Positions 49,299 through 59,944 of a DNA stretch of 64,000 bases are shown here, one piece after another. The DNA comes from an uncultured Fibrobacterota bacterium. GTDB lineage: Bacteria > Fibrobacterota > Chitinivibrionia > Chitinivibrionales > FEN-1185. Each line of letters opens with the position of its first letter. Positions within the stretch are counted from its first letter, which is position 1. The stretch spans positions 11,002 through 75,001 of the forward strand of contig CAVSQB010000014.1 of the NCBI GenBank assembly GCA_963729895.1, written 5' to 3'. The notes beneath the pieces were generated by a model. That model searched no databases and was not told the DNA's origin. It was given only the letters and a program-made list of their open reading frames with translations. The translations under genes and the position numbers were made by a program.

Positions 49299-50363
49299 CT
49301 ACCGGTCGAGCACTATCCCCGAAGCGTGCACAATCCCGACAAGAGACCGCAGTTTTAGAAAATACAGCCCGTTTGCCGCCGGTGTTCCGCTTTGTGAAGT
49401 ACCGTTCCACACAACGGAGTACCCGCCGGACACCGCCGGCGTCAGACGCTTCACGAAGCGGCCGCCAACATCATATACCGTTGCGCCGGCAATGGGAACC
49501 GACGAGGATATCAGGTACAATGGGGACGCACCGGTTCTTCGCACAACCACGGAAAAATCTTGGGCACCAATTGCCGGCGGCAAGAACCTTACGGCCGTGC
49601 CCTCACGAGACAGCAGTACGATTTCCGAATCGGAAAGAATGCGGTTATACAGCCGAATGTCGTCCAATAGGCCGCAATAGCATTGTGTGGCGGTCCAGAT
49701 ATCGGTACCGAAATAGGTGGTCTTGTTATTGGTGGAGAGCTTTGCGCCCGACAGGGTTGCGGTCGCCGATCCTCGCAACGCGCCGTCCACGTAGAACGAA
49801 AACGCCGGTTTTTCCCATTTCAGAGTCGTATTGTGCCAACCATCAAGCGACAAACTGCATGGAAGGCTCAAGAACTGGGTATCCGTATTGTTGCTTGTTA
49901 TTGCCATTGCCTGCAGAAACGCAAACGGATTCCCGCCTACATCCTGCCGGGCGGAAAGATACAGCATCACTTCACGATGCATGCCGGTATTGGATCTTCC
50001 ATAGCAGTCAAGGATGCATTCGGAATCCGAGTATCTCCTCGTGCAACCGCCGGCATCGTACCATATGCTGATCGTGGAGCTGTCTGTCGGCAGGTTCCAC
50101 GAGGATTTGTTGGGAATTACAACGTAATCGCAATTGCCTGCAAAATTACCGGCAAGGCCTTGCCCGGGACGGCCGGCTACAAACGGATCCGCGATGGTTG
50201 TGTACAATTTTCCGTCATTGAGGGCATGGCCGGTCGAGTCGTTAACATTGCCTTCGAACGCGTAGTAGGCAGAAAGCCCGCTCGTGGGGACTTGACCAAA
50301 GGCAAGCCCAACCAGACCAAAGACGACTACCATGGACTTTGATGCCATAGACATCCACAACAT
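49299..50363 (-). CDS. Secreted LamG (concanavalin A-like) domain protein with FlgD/T9SS-like C-terminal domain
   Basis: AYYAFEGNVNDSTG, WH, FYVDG, GLLDDIRLYNRILS..EI; VYDVGGRFV...WNG...ANGLYF. Confidence 0.85.
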   Translation of the reverse strand: MLWMSMASKSMVVVFGLVGLAFGQVPTSGLSAYYAFEGNVNDSTGHALNDGKLYTTIADPFVAGRPGQGLAGNFAGNCDYVVIPNKSSWNLPTDSSTISIWYDAGGCTRRYSDSECILDCYGRSNTGMHREVMLYLSARQDVGGNPFAFLQAMAITSNNTDTQFLSLPCSLSLDGWHNTTLKWEKPAFSFYVDGALRGSATATLSGAKLSTNNKTTYFGTDIWTATQCYCGLLDDIRLYNRILSDSEIVLLSREGTAVRFLPPAIGAQDFSVVVRRTGASPLYLISSSVPIAGATVYDVGGRFVKRLTPAVSGGYSVVWNGTSQSGTPAANGLYFLKLRSLVGIVHASGIVLDR

Positions 50364-50445
50364 AATTGAAAATGGCTTTCAAACTTAGGGAAATACGTTG
50401 GACGACTGCCTAACATTTGCCGTTTGCGGCCTGCGTCCGGCTTGG

Positions 50446-53400
50446 CTACATATTCCACGCCGCTTTCTTTTCCCGCATCATCCTTGACAAAAAGAGATAG
50501 AACGGCGGCAGAACAAAAAGGGTGAGGACAAGCGAAGAGGTAAGCCCGCCGACGATAACCGTGGCCATCGGACGCTGGATGTCCGAGCCTATGCCCGTGG
50601 CAAGCGCCGCAGGAACAAGCCCGAGCAGCGCCGGAAGCATCACCGCAATGATCGGCCTGAACTGGCTCAGCGCGGCCCGGTGAACCAATTCGGCGGTTAT
50701 CGGTCCCTTTTCGTCCCGCATCCGGTTTATGCAGGAAATCAGCAGTACGCCGGCCATTACCGACACGCCGAAGAGCGAGACAAAACCGACGCCGGCCGAT
50801 ACGTTGAAATGATAGCCGCGAATGAGCAAGGCGCCTATGCCGCCGACAAGTGCAAACGGAACGTTCATGAGAACGAGGGCGGCGTCCTTGGCATTCTTGT
50901 ACAGAGTGAAGAGGATGACAAAGATAATGATGATGGTGGATGGGATCACAAGCAGCAAACGGTTTCTTGCCCGCGAAAGATTTTCAAACTGGCCTCCCCA
51001 TTCCACGGAGTAGCCTTTGGGAAGATTGATTGCTTCTAAGACGAGTTTCTGGGCCTCGGCAACGAATCCGCCCTGGTCGCGGGCGTTTATGTTCGTGCGC
51101 ACGGTGATTTCGCGCTCACCGCCGATCCCGCGCTGAATGATGGTAGGCCCGTCGACGATGGCAATATCGGCGAGTTCCGCAAGCGGGATCCGGGCGCCAG
51201 AAGGCGCCATCACCTGAAGTTTTTTCAACGCATCAACCGAATTGCGGTATTCGGGCGTGTACCTCACAACGATGTCGAAATGCCTTTCCCCATCGACAAG
51301 TTGACCGATGACCTTGCCGCCGATGGCGGCTTCGATCATGCTTTGCACGCCCGCGACGTTGATACCGTAGCGGGCGACGCGTTCGCGGTTGATGGTGACA
51401 CGCACCTGCGCCTGATCGCCCTCCTGCTCGATTCCCCATTCGCTCGCGCCGCGGACCTTCTTCACAATGCCCAGGATCTTTTCCGCCAGTGAACGAAGAA
51501 CCCCAAGGTCTTCTCCGGAAACGGATACCGCAAGGTCCGCAACGCTGCCGGTTACATACTCGCTCAGGTTGTCCATAATGGGTTGTGAAAACGAAAATTC
51601 CGCGCCCGGAATTGCCCGCTGCAGCTCGTTCCGCAATTCATCCATAAGCTGTTTCTTGGATTTATTGCGCGTCCAGAGCGCATAGTCCTTGAGGCCGACA
51701 TATACCTCGATGCGGTTCGGGCCGTAAGGGTCCCAGCCGTCGTCGTTTCTGCCCAGTTGCGGCACAACGCTCGAAACTTCCGGATGACCCCCGATGATGC
51801 AGCGCAGTATGGGCGGAATTCGGTTGGCTTCTTCAATGGAAATGGCGGTCGGCAGAAAACAGCGGATGTTGATTGATCCTTCGTCGAGCTCCGGCAGGAA
51901 TTCTGTGCCTACAAACCGGGCGCCGATGACGGCCGTAATAATTATGAGCATTCCGATACCGGTTACCGTCGCAGGACGCCGCAACAGGTGGTGCAGGCCT
52001 GTTGCGTAGGCCCTTTGCAGCCGTTCGATCAGGGCGTTGTGGTGTTCCACGGAAATAACATTCCCGGGAACCCAGAGCTTCCTGAACAATATCGACATAA
52101 GGACGGGAATAAGGGTGAGCGAGATAAGCAGGGAACCGAAAACGGCGCAGGCGAGCGTGCAGGCCATGGGAGAAAAAAGCTTGCCTTCAACGCGCTGCAG
52201 GGTAAAAATCGGCAGGTAGGCGAGAACGATTATTCCGACGGAAAAGAATACGTCTCGTCCGACAACCTGCGACGCGCCGATGGTGACCCAGCGGATCCCA
52301 TGTTGCTTCTCTGCGTGGCTATACCCCAATTACTTTCTCAGTCGAAATGGGAGTTTTCTCTTTGAATTGACCTCTGTATTCTTCAGGTGTTTTCCCCTTT
52401 AGTGATCCGTGTGGCCGTATCCGGTTGTAAATGTTCTTCCAATGTTCGATTATTCTTTCTGCGTCCTCTAATGAGATGAACCAGTTTTCATTCAAGCATT
52501 GGTCCCTGAATATCGAATTGAATGATTCTACAAAAGCATTCTGGCTGGGCTTGCCGGGCTGAATGAATTCCTGCCTTACCTGGTTTCGTATTGCCCAGAG
52601 CATGAGTTCTTTGCTCCGGAATTCCGGGCCGTTATCAGTCAACAGAGCTTCCGGCTTTCCGTACCTGGCCACCAGGTGGTCTAGAACTTGGCAGACTCCT
52701 AGTGCTGGAATAGAACGTGCTACCTTGATTGCAAGAGCCTCACGGGTGCAGTCATCGACAACATTCAGGCATTTCAGCTTGCGCTTGTCGGAAGTACTGT
52801 CGAATATGAAATCCATTGACCAGCGACGGCTTGGCCGATCCGGCAGCGTCAACGGCATCCGTTGGCTATTGCGTTTCTGACGCCTCCTCCGCTTGCTTTT
52901 CTGAAGCGATTCTTCCTTGTAGAGCCGATGCACACGTTTGTGATTTACTATGTACCCAAGGTTGCGGAGATACCAATAAAGCGTCGGAAAGCCCCATGAA
53001 CGGAACGATGAAATGGTTTCATGCATTTTTGTTTTCAACTCGCTGTTCAAAGCCGATTCCTGCGGTCGATAGCGGTACCCTGCCGGTGTCATACCCAGAA
53101 GTCCGCATGCTTTCCGTTGACTCAGGCCTTGCCGCATTAGTGCGTCCACAGTCAGCCTACGCTGAGGACGCTTCACTATTTTCTTTGCAGCACTTCCTTC
53201 ATTGCATCGATCTGAAGTGCCTGGTCTGCAACAATCCGCTTGAGCCGGCTGTTTTCGCCCTCGATCTCCTTCATCCTTTTCAGATCAGAGAGCTCAAGTC
53301 CGCTGTATTTGCTCTTCCAACGGAAGTACGTGTTCTCTGAAATACCATATTGACGACAAAGATCAGCGACTTTGGCTCCGCGGTCGCCCTCTTGCAGGAT

Positions 53401-54780
53401 CCGAAAAATCTGCTCTTCACTGTAGCGCTTGCCTTTCATGAGTCCTCCTAGTTAGTTTAAAATAACTCGGAAAACTCCCTTCTCAAATGAGCAAGTTTTC
53501 GGGGGTATAGCCATGGCCTCGGCATATCGTTTAAGAATGTATTCGGCCATTACCACCGCGCCGTCCACAATAATGCCGAAATCGATGGCCCCGAGCGAAA
53601 GAAGATTGGCCGGAATGCCGGTGGCTTTCATGCACAGAAATGCAAACGCCATTGAGAGCGGGATGGTTACGACTACCACGAGCGCGGTCCGGATGCTGCC
53701 CAAAAAGAACAGCAAGACCAAAAACACGATCACCCCGCCCGCAAGGATGGTGTGCGATACGGTCATCATGGTCTGGTTGACAAGAGCGCTTCGGTCGTTG
53801 AAAACGCGGATGCGGACGCCCGCGGGCAATCGTATCGTGTTAAGTTCTTCGATCTTTGTATGAATTTCCTTGAGCACTTCCGACGGGTTTTCCCCCCGCC
53901 GCATCACAATGAGTCCCTGGACGCCCGATTTGAAATCAAGCTTCTCATCCGGTATGGCATACGACATGATGCCGCTGGGCTGGGGCGGCGCGATTTCGAC
54001 GCTCGCAACGTCCTTGACATACACAGGAACGCCGTTTGCGGACGTAACGACGACGTTTTCGATATCATGCTCGTTCCTAAAGGATCCCAGGCCCCGCACC
54101 GCGTACCCCTGGCACCCGCCGGTAATGATCCCTCCGCCGGAATTCAGATTATTGGCCTGGACCGCATCGATCACATTTTGGAGCGTGAGTGAATATTTCA
54201 TGAGTTTCGGGGGCGAGGTAAGGATGTGGAACTGTTTTACCGCACCGCCGAAAATCGTCACGTCGATAACGCCCGGGATTTCCTTGAATGCCGGATAGAC
54301 GACCCAATCCTGCAAGGTCCGAAGATCCATGGGCGAGAAACGGCCGTCGCCCTCCACCGCGTAGCGAACAATCTCGGCAATGGGCGTCCAGATCGGCTGA
54401 AGCTGCGGCGTGACCCCGTCGGGCAGGTCGGCGTCGCGGATCTTTTCCTCCACCTGCTGGCGCGCAAAGTAATCGCTTGTTCCATCCTGGAAAGTAAGGT
54501 AGATGACAGACAATCCGAAAATGGTTTTCGATCTCCGCTCTATGACCTTCGGCGTGCTATTGAGTGCGCGCTCAAGCGGAATGGTCACCTGCTTTTCCAC
54601 TTCTTCCGCAGCCCTGCCGTCATATTTGGTCGCCACCACAACATCGGTATCGCCGACGTCGGGATACGCATCTATTTTGAGGCGGGAAAACGACCAGATG
54701 CCGAATCCGGCAATAAATACCATGATGATAAAGGTAAGCGGGCGGTGGTGAAGAACGAAGCTCAGCAAGGTGCGGATCAT
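50446..54780 (-). pseudogene. Heavy-metal efflux RND permease (CusA/CzcA family) interrupted by IS3 copy 2
   Basis: The N-part (53514-54780; IDAYPD, GAIDFGIIVDGAVV) and C-part (50446-52315; EGKLFSPMA, EFLPELDEG, GSDIQRPMA) are colinear either side of the IS. Confidence 0.92.
52316..53513 (-). mobile_element. IS3-family insertion sequence, copy 2 (1198 bp, apparently identical to copy 1)
   Basis: Same IRs and identical OrfA (53176-53439) and OrfB (52319-53176) translations. Confidence 0.95.
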
Positions 54781-54807
54781 GACGACGGGTTCCCTGCCCT
54801 ATCGGGC

Positions 54808-55125
54808 TTAGAACTGTTCTACCTTGAAAATAGAGGCCGTGTGGTCCTCGATGCATCTTCTGATTTCGGGAAGAAGTGGACGCAAAATATCTTCCCTATC
54901 GACAGCCATGAGCACCATGGGAACCTCATCGAGCGAGCCAAAACTGTTCGGGCGGTGAATGTGGCGGCGGAAACCGAATCCCATCTCCGCCCGAAGCAAG
55001 GTTGCTCCTCCAACGCGGTGCTGCAAGAGGAAATGAAGGAGGAACTCGCCAAGCGGTTTCCCTTCATATTCATCGCTTTGGTCAAAGAAGATTTGCATCG
55101 CAAGGACACTCGTATCTTCAGCCAT
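54808..55125 (-). CDS. DUF190 (PII-like) protein
   Basis: IF.D.SD.Y.GKPL...GATLLRA.MGFG...IH...L...P pattern; AGGAG RBS. Confidence 0.85.
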   Translation of the reverse strand: MAEDTSVLAMQIFFDQSDEYEGKPLGEFLLHFLLQHRVGGATLLRAEMGFGFRRHIHRPNSFGSLDEVPMVLMAVDREDILRPLLPEIRRCIEDHTASIFKVEQF

Positions 55126-55138
55126 TTTCGTGTCTCCT

Positions 55139-56149
55139 TCAATAGCCGAAACTCATCCCTTTGAGCAGCATGGCGCCGGTATCCACGATGCGCTCCCCCT
55201 CCGAAATCCCGCGCAGCACAATCGCACTGTCGCCGAACTTTTCGCCTACGTCAATTTCCCGTCTCTGGAATTGGCCTTCGCCCCGCTGGACAAAGACGTA
55301 GCTCTTCCCTTGCACGGTTACCAGGGCGTCCTGCGGGACGGCAAGGACACTCGAACGGCTCTGCCCGAAATTGACCGTTGCGTACATTCCCGGCCTCAAG
55401 CGGGCGTCCCGGTTTCCGATCCCGAGTCTGACCCTTATCGTTCGGCTTGCGTCATCGATGACCTCTCCAACAGCCTCGACCGTCGCCGTGAACGTATCGC
55501 CGGGGTACGACGTAAACGTCAGGGTGGCGCTGCCGCCATTCTTGACATCGTGCAACTGTGACTCTGGAACGTCGGATATGATCCATGCTTTCCCGGAGGA
55601 CGCCCCGCGAAACAATGCAGGATCAATGCCGAGGGCGCGCAATTTTCCCTCGGTTTCGGCAAGGGACGCGGATGCCGTGGCCAGGTCAGCCTCGGCCTCT
55701 TCCACATCTTTGCCCGAGGCTGATTGATGGGAAAACAGATCCTTGATGCGCGCATAGGTCTTTTTTGCCCGCTCGTAGCCGGCCGAATTCTGTCTCAAGG
55801 CGGAAAAAAGCGACGTCTCGTCCGGCGAGTCAAAGAGAAAGAGCGGATACCCCGGCGCCGTCTCGGACTTGCTTGAGCAGAAGACAATTCTTGCAGGAGC
55901 GACGATCTCTTCACGGATGGGGCCGCGTCGGACCTCAATCGTCTTGAAAAGGGAGGAATCCGCGGTCCCAACGGGAATCGTGATGCGGGTCCCGTTTTCC
56001 GTAACCTCCGGCTGGGCAATCGATTGGGGTTGCGCCAGGCTCGACCTGCACTGCTGCAGGCCGATTGTCAGAAGAATGGATAAGGACACGGTTCCCGCTA
56101 TTTTCCCTGCAGCACCAATGGAACGAATATGAGATGATTGACGTTGCAT
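55139..56149 (-). CDS. RND efflux periplasmic adaptor (CzcB/CusB-like MFP)
   Basis: DVPESQL, SRTIRVR, LRPGMYA, VPQDAL and GISEGERIV motifs. Confidence 0.9.
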   Translation of the reverse strand: MQRQSSHIRSIGAAGKIAGTVSLSILLTIGLQQCRSSLAQPQSIAQPEVTENGTRITIPVGTADSSLFKTIEVRRGPIREEIVAPARIVFCSSKSETAPGYPLFLFDSPDETSLFSALRQNSAGYERAKKTYARIKDLFSHQSASGKDVEEAEADLATASASLAETEGKLRALGIDPALFRGASSGKAWIISDVPESQLHDVKNGGSATLTFTSYPGDTFTATVEAVGEVIDDASRTIRVRLGIGNRDARLRPGMYATVNFGQSRSSVLAVPQDALVTVQGKSYVFVQRGEGQFQRREIDVGEKFGDSAIVLRGISEGERIVDTGAMLLKGMSFGY

Positions 56150-56156
56150 GGCAGGG

Positions 56157-57440
56157 TTACCTCTCCGCGTGTTGTGGAGTGACTTGAATATCGCCGATCG
56201 CGAAATAGAGCTTGACGTCTGCTCGTTTGAAATCAATAAGCGCGCCGTCGTATGATTGCCGGGCGCCGTACCACGTGCTCCTCGCATCGAATAAATCGAG
56301 AATGGAGGTATTGCCCGACCGGTACGAGTATTCGACGGTGTTGAGGACTTGTTCGGACATTTCAAGAATCAATTTTGACTTGTCCAGATTTGCTTTCTTT
56401 ATGTCGTATTCATTATACGCCGAGCCGATCTCGTTGCGAAGCTGGATGCGAAGCGCCGAGTCGGAAAAAACCGCCAGGTCTCTTTGCACACGCGCCTTGC
56501 CGATTTCGCCCTGGTTTCTGGAGAACAACGGCAGTTCAAGGCCGAGGGACACTCCGTAAAACGGCACGCCTTGCGACATCATGTAGTCGCCGGAAATATT
56601 CATCTCCGGCGCCGCATTCGCTTTCTGCAAGGCAATGGCCGCCTCGGCGGCGGCGACAGCCGTTCGGGACAACCGTGCGTCGGTCCGATAATTTTCAGCA
56701 AACGCCAGCGCGGAATCAAACGGCGGCGGCGAGTATGCCCAATCGTCATTTTCACTTATTGCAATGCTGTCCGCGATGTTAAGCAACGTGGCGAGGGCGC
56801 GTTCGTTACTTGCAACCTGACGGCGGGCTTCGGCGAGTTGAAGATCGTACTGCTGTGCGGAAATCCTTGTTCGTACCATCTCCGTAGCGGAAATATCCTG
56901 CCGTTCAAGCCTGAACTCGTTGATACGCACCGTGGAGTCGGCAATGGTTTTTGCCTTGATCGCCAAGTCAAGCGCAAACATGGCGGAGAGTGCGTCCAAC
57001 CACACGCCTGCAGCGGAAAGGGCCCCCTGGCGTTGCGTTTCGTGCATCGCAATGCTGTTGGAATCCTGCGAGAACTTTGCCGAGGCGATACGGCGGGAGC
57101 GTTTCCCGCCAAGTTCGAGGGGAACCGACAGCGATGCGCCGTATTGTTTGGTTTGAGAATTGATCACCCGGTTGTTTTCAAAATCAAACGCGTCTCCGTT
57201 CACCGTAAGCTGCGGATTGGGGTGAAGACCGGCGGTCACGCTGTCTCCCCTCGCGGCCGAAACCGCGAACTGCTGCTGCCGCACCTGGGGATTCTTTGCA
57301 ATTGCGATCTCGATGGTATTTCGCAACGTCAACACTTGCGGCGGATTGGGCTGGTCGGCTGCCGTCCCTGAGAATACGCCAACGATGAGCGCCCACAGGG
57401 CAGTTGGTTCCAACCAATAATGACAAGTATCCTTCGGCAT
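56157..57440 (-). CDS. TolC/CzcC family outer-membrane factor
   Basis: PNPQL, ELGGKR..R, LPLFSRNQGEI and YRSGNTSILDL motifs. Confidence 0.9.
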   Translation of the reverse strand: MPKDTCHYWLEPTALWALIVGVFSGTAADQPNPPQVLTLRNTIEIAIAKNPQVRQQQFAVSAARGDSVTAGLHPNPQLTVNGDAFDFENNRVINSQTKQYGASLSVPLELGGKRSRRIASAKFSQDSNSIAMHETQRQGALSAAGVWLDALSAMFALDLAIKAKTIADSTVRINEFRLERQDISATEMVRTRISAQQYDLQLAEARRQVASNERALATLLNIADSIAISENDDWAYSPPPFDSALAFAENYRTDARLSRTAVAAAEAAIALQKANAAPEMNISGDYMMSQGVPFYGVSLGLELPLFSRNQGEIGKARVQRDLAVFSDSALRIQLRNEIGSAYNEYDIKKANLDKSKLILEMSEQVLNTVEYSYRSGNTSILDLFDARSTWYGARQSYDGALIDFKRADVKLYFAIGDIQVTPQHAER

Positions 57441-57591
57441 GATTTGCTCTTCCTGCACCATACATTGCACGATGATTGGAAAGACTCATGTGCTTTAATA
57501 GACAAACGAGTTCAGGATGCCTGCTTAACATCCCTCAAGTTCGGCCCGCGCCGGATCTTTCCCGTCCGCAGATGAAGATACTACTCCAGTC

Positions 57592-57619
57592 ATTAAAGAC
57601 AGATTAAAAGAGCATTAAA
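57592..57619 (-). promoter_or_regulatory. Putative OmpR/PhoB-type response-regulator binding site
   Basis: Three ATTAAA hexamers at 57592, 57603 and 57614 (11-bp period) upstream of tolC. Confidence 0.6.
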
Positions 57620-57710
57620 TGTGCCAAGCCGGAAAAGAAGCAAGTAATTGATTTGATGGAAGGATGCGTGAACAGGCTGAATTATTAAAGAGGCACGACG
57701 ATGAAACGTA

Positions 57711-59228
57711 TCAAGCTGCAGCAAAAACGGGAAAATTCAATTGCACAACGGTTCCCTTGCCTTGCGTGCTTTCCACGACAACAGCTCCGCCAATGCGATC
57801 CATGATGGTCTTTGTAAGGGTAAGCCCTATGCCGCTTCCCGGGACTTCTGCCGAGGGATTTGACCGGAAGAAAGGCTGGAAGATCATTGGTAAATCTTCT
57901 TTGGAGATGCCAATACCACTGTCTTCAATTCTCACAAGGACATGCTTCCCCTCGCGTATTTCAATGGAAATCGCCACCGCAGATGTTGCATCGGAAAATT
58001 TGAGGGCATTTTCAAGTGCATTGAGTATTGCTATTCTTACCAGGCTCTCATTACCCAGGATGACAAGAAACTCCTCTTGATCGGGCAAGACCTTGAACTG
58101 AAGGTCTACTTTCCTGTTTGCGTATCGTACTTTGATTTCCTGGAGAACCGCGAACAGGACATCGTCAATTCTCAAGGGCTTTAGCGATTCGGATTCCGTT
58201 TGCGCCAGCAGGAGGAGGTTGTTCAGCAGGCGATTGAGTTGACGGGTGGACTCAAGCGATGATGCGATGATGCTTCTGTATTCTTCCTCCGTACGGGAAT
58301 GGAGCAGGGAGACATCCAGTTGCCCGGCGATTGTGGTCAGCGGTGTCCGCAATTCATGGGACGCATGCGCGACAAACCGCCTTTGGGAATTGAACGCGGT
58401 TTCGAGCCTGTCAAGCATTGCGTTAAATGCACCTGCGAGTTGAGAAAGTTCGTCCTTTCTTCTGCCTTCGTCAATCCTGATATGCAGGTCAGTTGCGGAA
58501 ATGCGTTCGGCTTTTTGACGGATGTCCGAAATAGGAGACATTGCCTTGGTTGCAAAAAATATTCCTGCAAAGAACACGATAAGCAGGGACGTCAAATATC
58601 CTCCCAGCAGCCACTTTCGCAGTTCGACCAAGTCCTTCAAACCACTTTTGTCAACAGCAGAAATGGCCACGATATATTCCACGCTTCCGGTGAGCGGAAT
58701 CGCGGCATTCTGCGAGTCGATGGACGCGGCTGCGGGGAAATTGCCGTTTTCATCAAGGAAGGGAATTATGGTCGTTTGCGTATCGCCCGTTGTTGTGGCA
58801 AATATGCCGTTCTTGAGGGCCTGTTGATGTTCATATTCCGAAAGGATGCCGACGGCCGTGTCACGTGATGTAACCTCGTAGCGACCCCGTTTCATCGCCT
58901 GCTGCTGTTCGTACTCCGAAAGGTGCAAAATTTGTTCCCCGGAATGAAACACGCACGCGCCCTGTTTGTTGAAAATTGCAATACGTTCGAAGGGCAATGT
59001 CTTGAGCGTTTGCTGTTGAAACGGCTGAAGGGTTTGGGGGCTTAGGTTGTCGCTGCGTAAAACAATCGCGGCGGTTGCAATGGCGTTGGTCAAGAGTTCG
59101 GAATAAAATTCCTCCGACCGTTGGTGTCGTGCATAAGAATACGTGCCGATGGTGAAAACAGCAAGAATTACCGCAACCAGAGACGTAAAAAGGAGCGTAA
59201 GCCGGGTCTTGATGGTTGTTTTGAACAT
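57711..59228 (-). CDS. HAMP sensor histidine kinase (CusS/CzcS-like)
   Basis: Two TM segments, HAMP, ASHELRTPL H-box, NALKF, DSGIG and GSGIGL boxes. Confidence 0.93.
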   Translation of the reverse strand: MFKTTIKTRLTLLFTSLVAVILAVFTIGTYSYARHQRSEEFYSELLTNAIATAAIVLRSDNLSPQTLQPFQQQTLKTLPFERIAIFNKQGACVFHSGEQILHLSEYEQQQAMKRGRYEVTSRDTAVGILSEYEHQQALKNGIFATTTGDTQTTIIPFLDENGNFPAAASIDSQNAAIPLTGSVEYIVAISAVDKSGLKDLVELRKWLLGGYLTSLLIVFFAGIFFATKAMSPISDIRQKAERISATDLHIRIDEGRRKDELSQLAGAFNAMLDRLETAFNSQRRFVAHASHELRTPLTTIAGQLDVSLLHSRTEEEYRSIIASSLESTRQLNRLLNNLLLLAQTESESLKPLRIDDVLFAVLQEIKVRYANRKVDLQFKVLPDQEEFLVILGNESLVRIAILNALENALKFSDATSAVAISIEIREGKHVLVRIEDSGIGISKEDLPMIFQPFFRSNPSAEVPGSGIGLTLTKTIMDRIGGAVVVESTQGKGTVVQLNFPVFAAA

Positions 59229-59918
59229 CTAACCGTCTCCGCCAGGTTCCTCTTTTAGAACATATCCTACACCGACTATCGTGTGAATAAGCTTGGGAAG
59301 AGAATTAATGTCGATCTTCTTTCTCAGGAAGCTGACGTATACATCGATGACATTGCTTTCGGTGTCAAAACTCGTGTCCCAGACGTGTTCCGCAATTTCG
59401 GTTCGGGAAACCACCCTCTTCCGGTGACGAAGCAAATATTCAAGGAGGGCGAATTCCCGCGTTGTGCATTTAATTGCCTTTCCCGACCTCCGTACGGTAT
59501 GCGTTGACAGGTCCATTTCAAGATCGGCAAAACAAAGAATATTCTGGCACTCCTGGTTTGCGCGCCGGCGGAGCAAGGCGCGGATCCGCGCAAGCAGTTC
59601 CCGAAATTCAAACGGCTTTACAAGATAATCATCCGCTCCGGCGTCAAATCCCCGAAGCTTGTCCTCGGTTGAATCCAAGGCGGTTAACATCATAATCGGA
59701 ACTGTGGGATTAAAGGCGCGGATACATTTGCAAAGAGAGAATCCGCTCTTTCGGGGGATCATGATGTCGATGAGGATGCAATCGTACAGGTTGTCTTCGG
59801 CAAGCCGTTCGCCCGCGTCTCCATCCTCTGCTATGTCAACCGCGTAGGACTGTTCCGCCAGTCCTTTTCTGATGAAGAGAGCTATTTTCTTGTCGTCTTC
59901 TACGAGAAGGAATTTCAT
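59229..59918 (-). CDS. OmpR-family response regulator (CusR/CzcR-like)
   Basis: LLVEDD, LIDIMIP, GADDYLVKPF, NVIDVY and GVGY motifs. Confidence 0.95.
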   Translation of the reverse strand: MKFLLVEDDKKIALFIRKGLAEQSYAVDIAEDGDAGERLAEDNLYDCILIDIMIPRKSGFSLCKCIRAFNPTVPIMMLTALDSTEDKLRGFDAGADDYLVKPFEFRELLARIRALLRRRANQECQNILCFADLEMDLSTHTVRRSGKAIKCTTREFALLEYLLRHRKRVVSRTEIAEHVWDTSFDTESNVIDVYVSFLRKKIDINSLPKLIHTIVGVGYVLKEEPGGDG

Positions 59919-59944
59919 ACGATGGTGGCGTCGCTGGGGCCATT

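Noticed and set aside
41505..53513. Composite transposon formed by the two IS3 copies
   Set aside because: The outer flanks share no duplication, and copy 2 sits inside cusA, whose halves are colinear; independent insertions are the simpler explanation.
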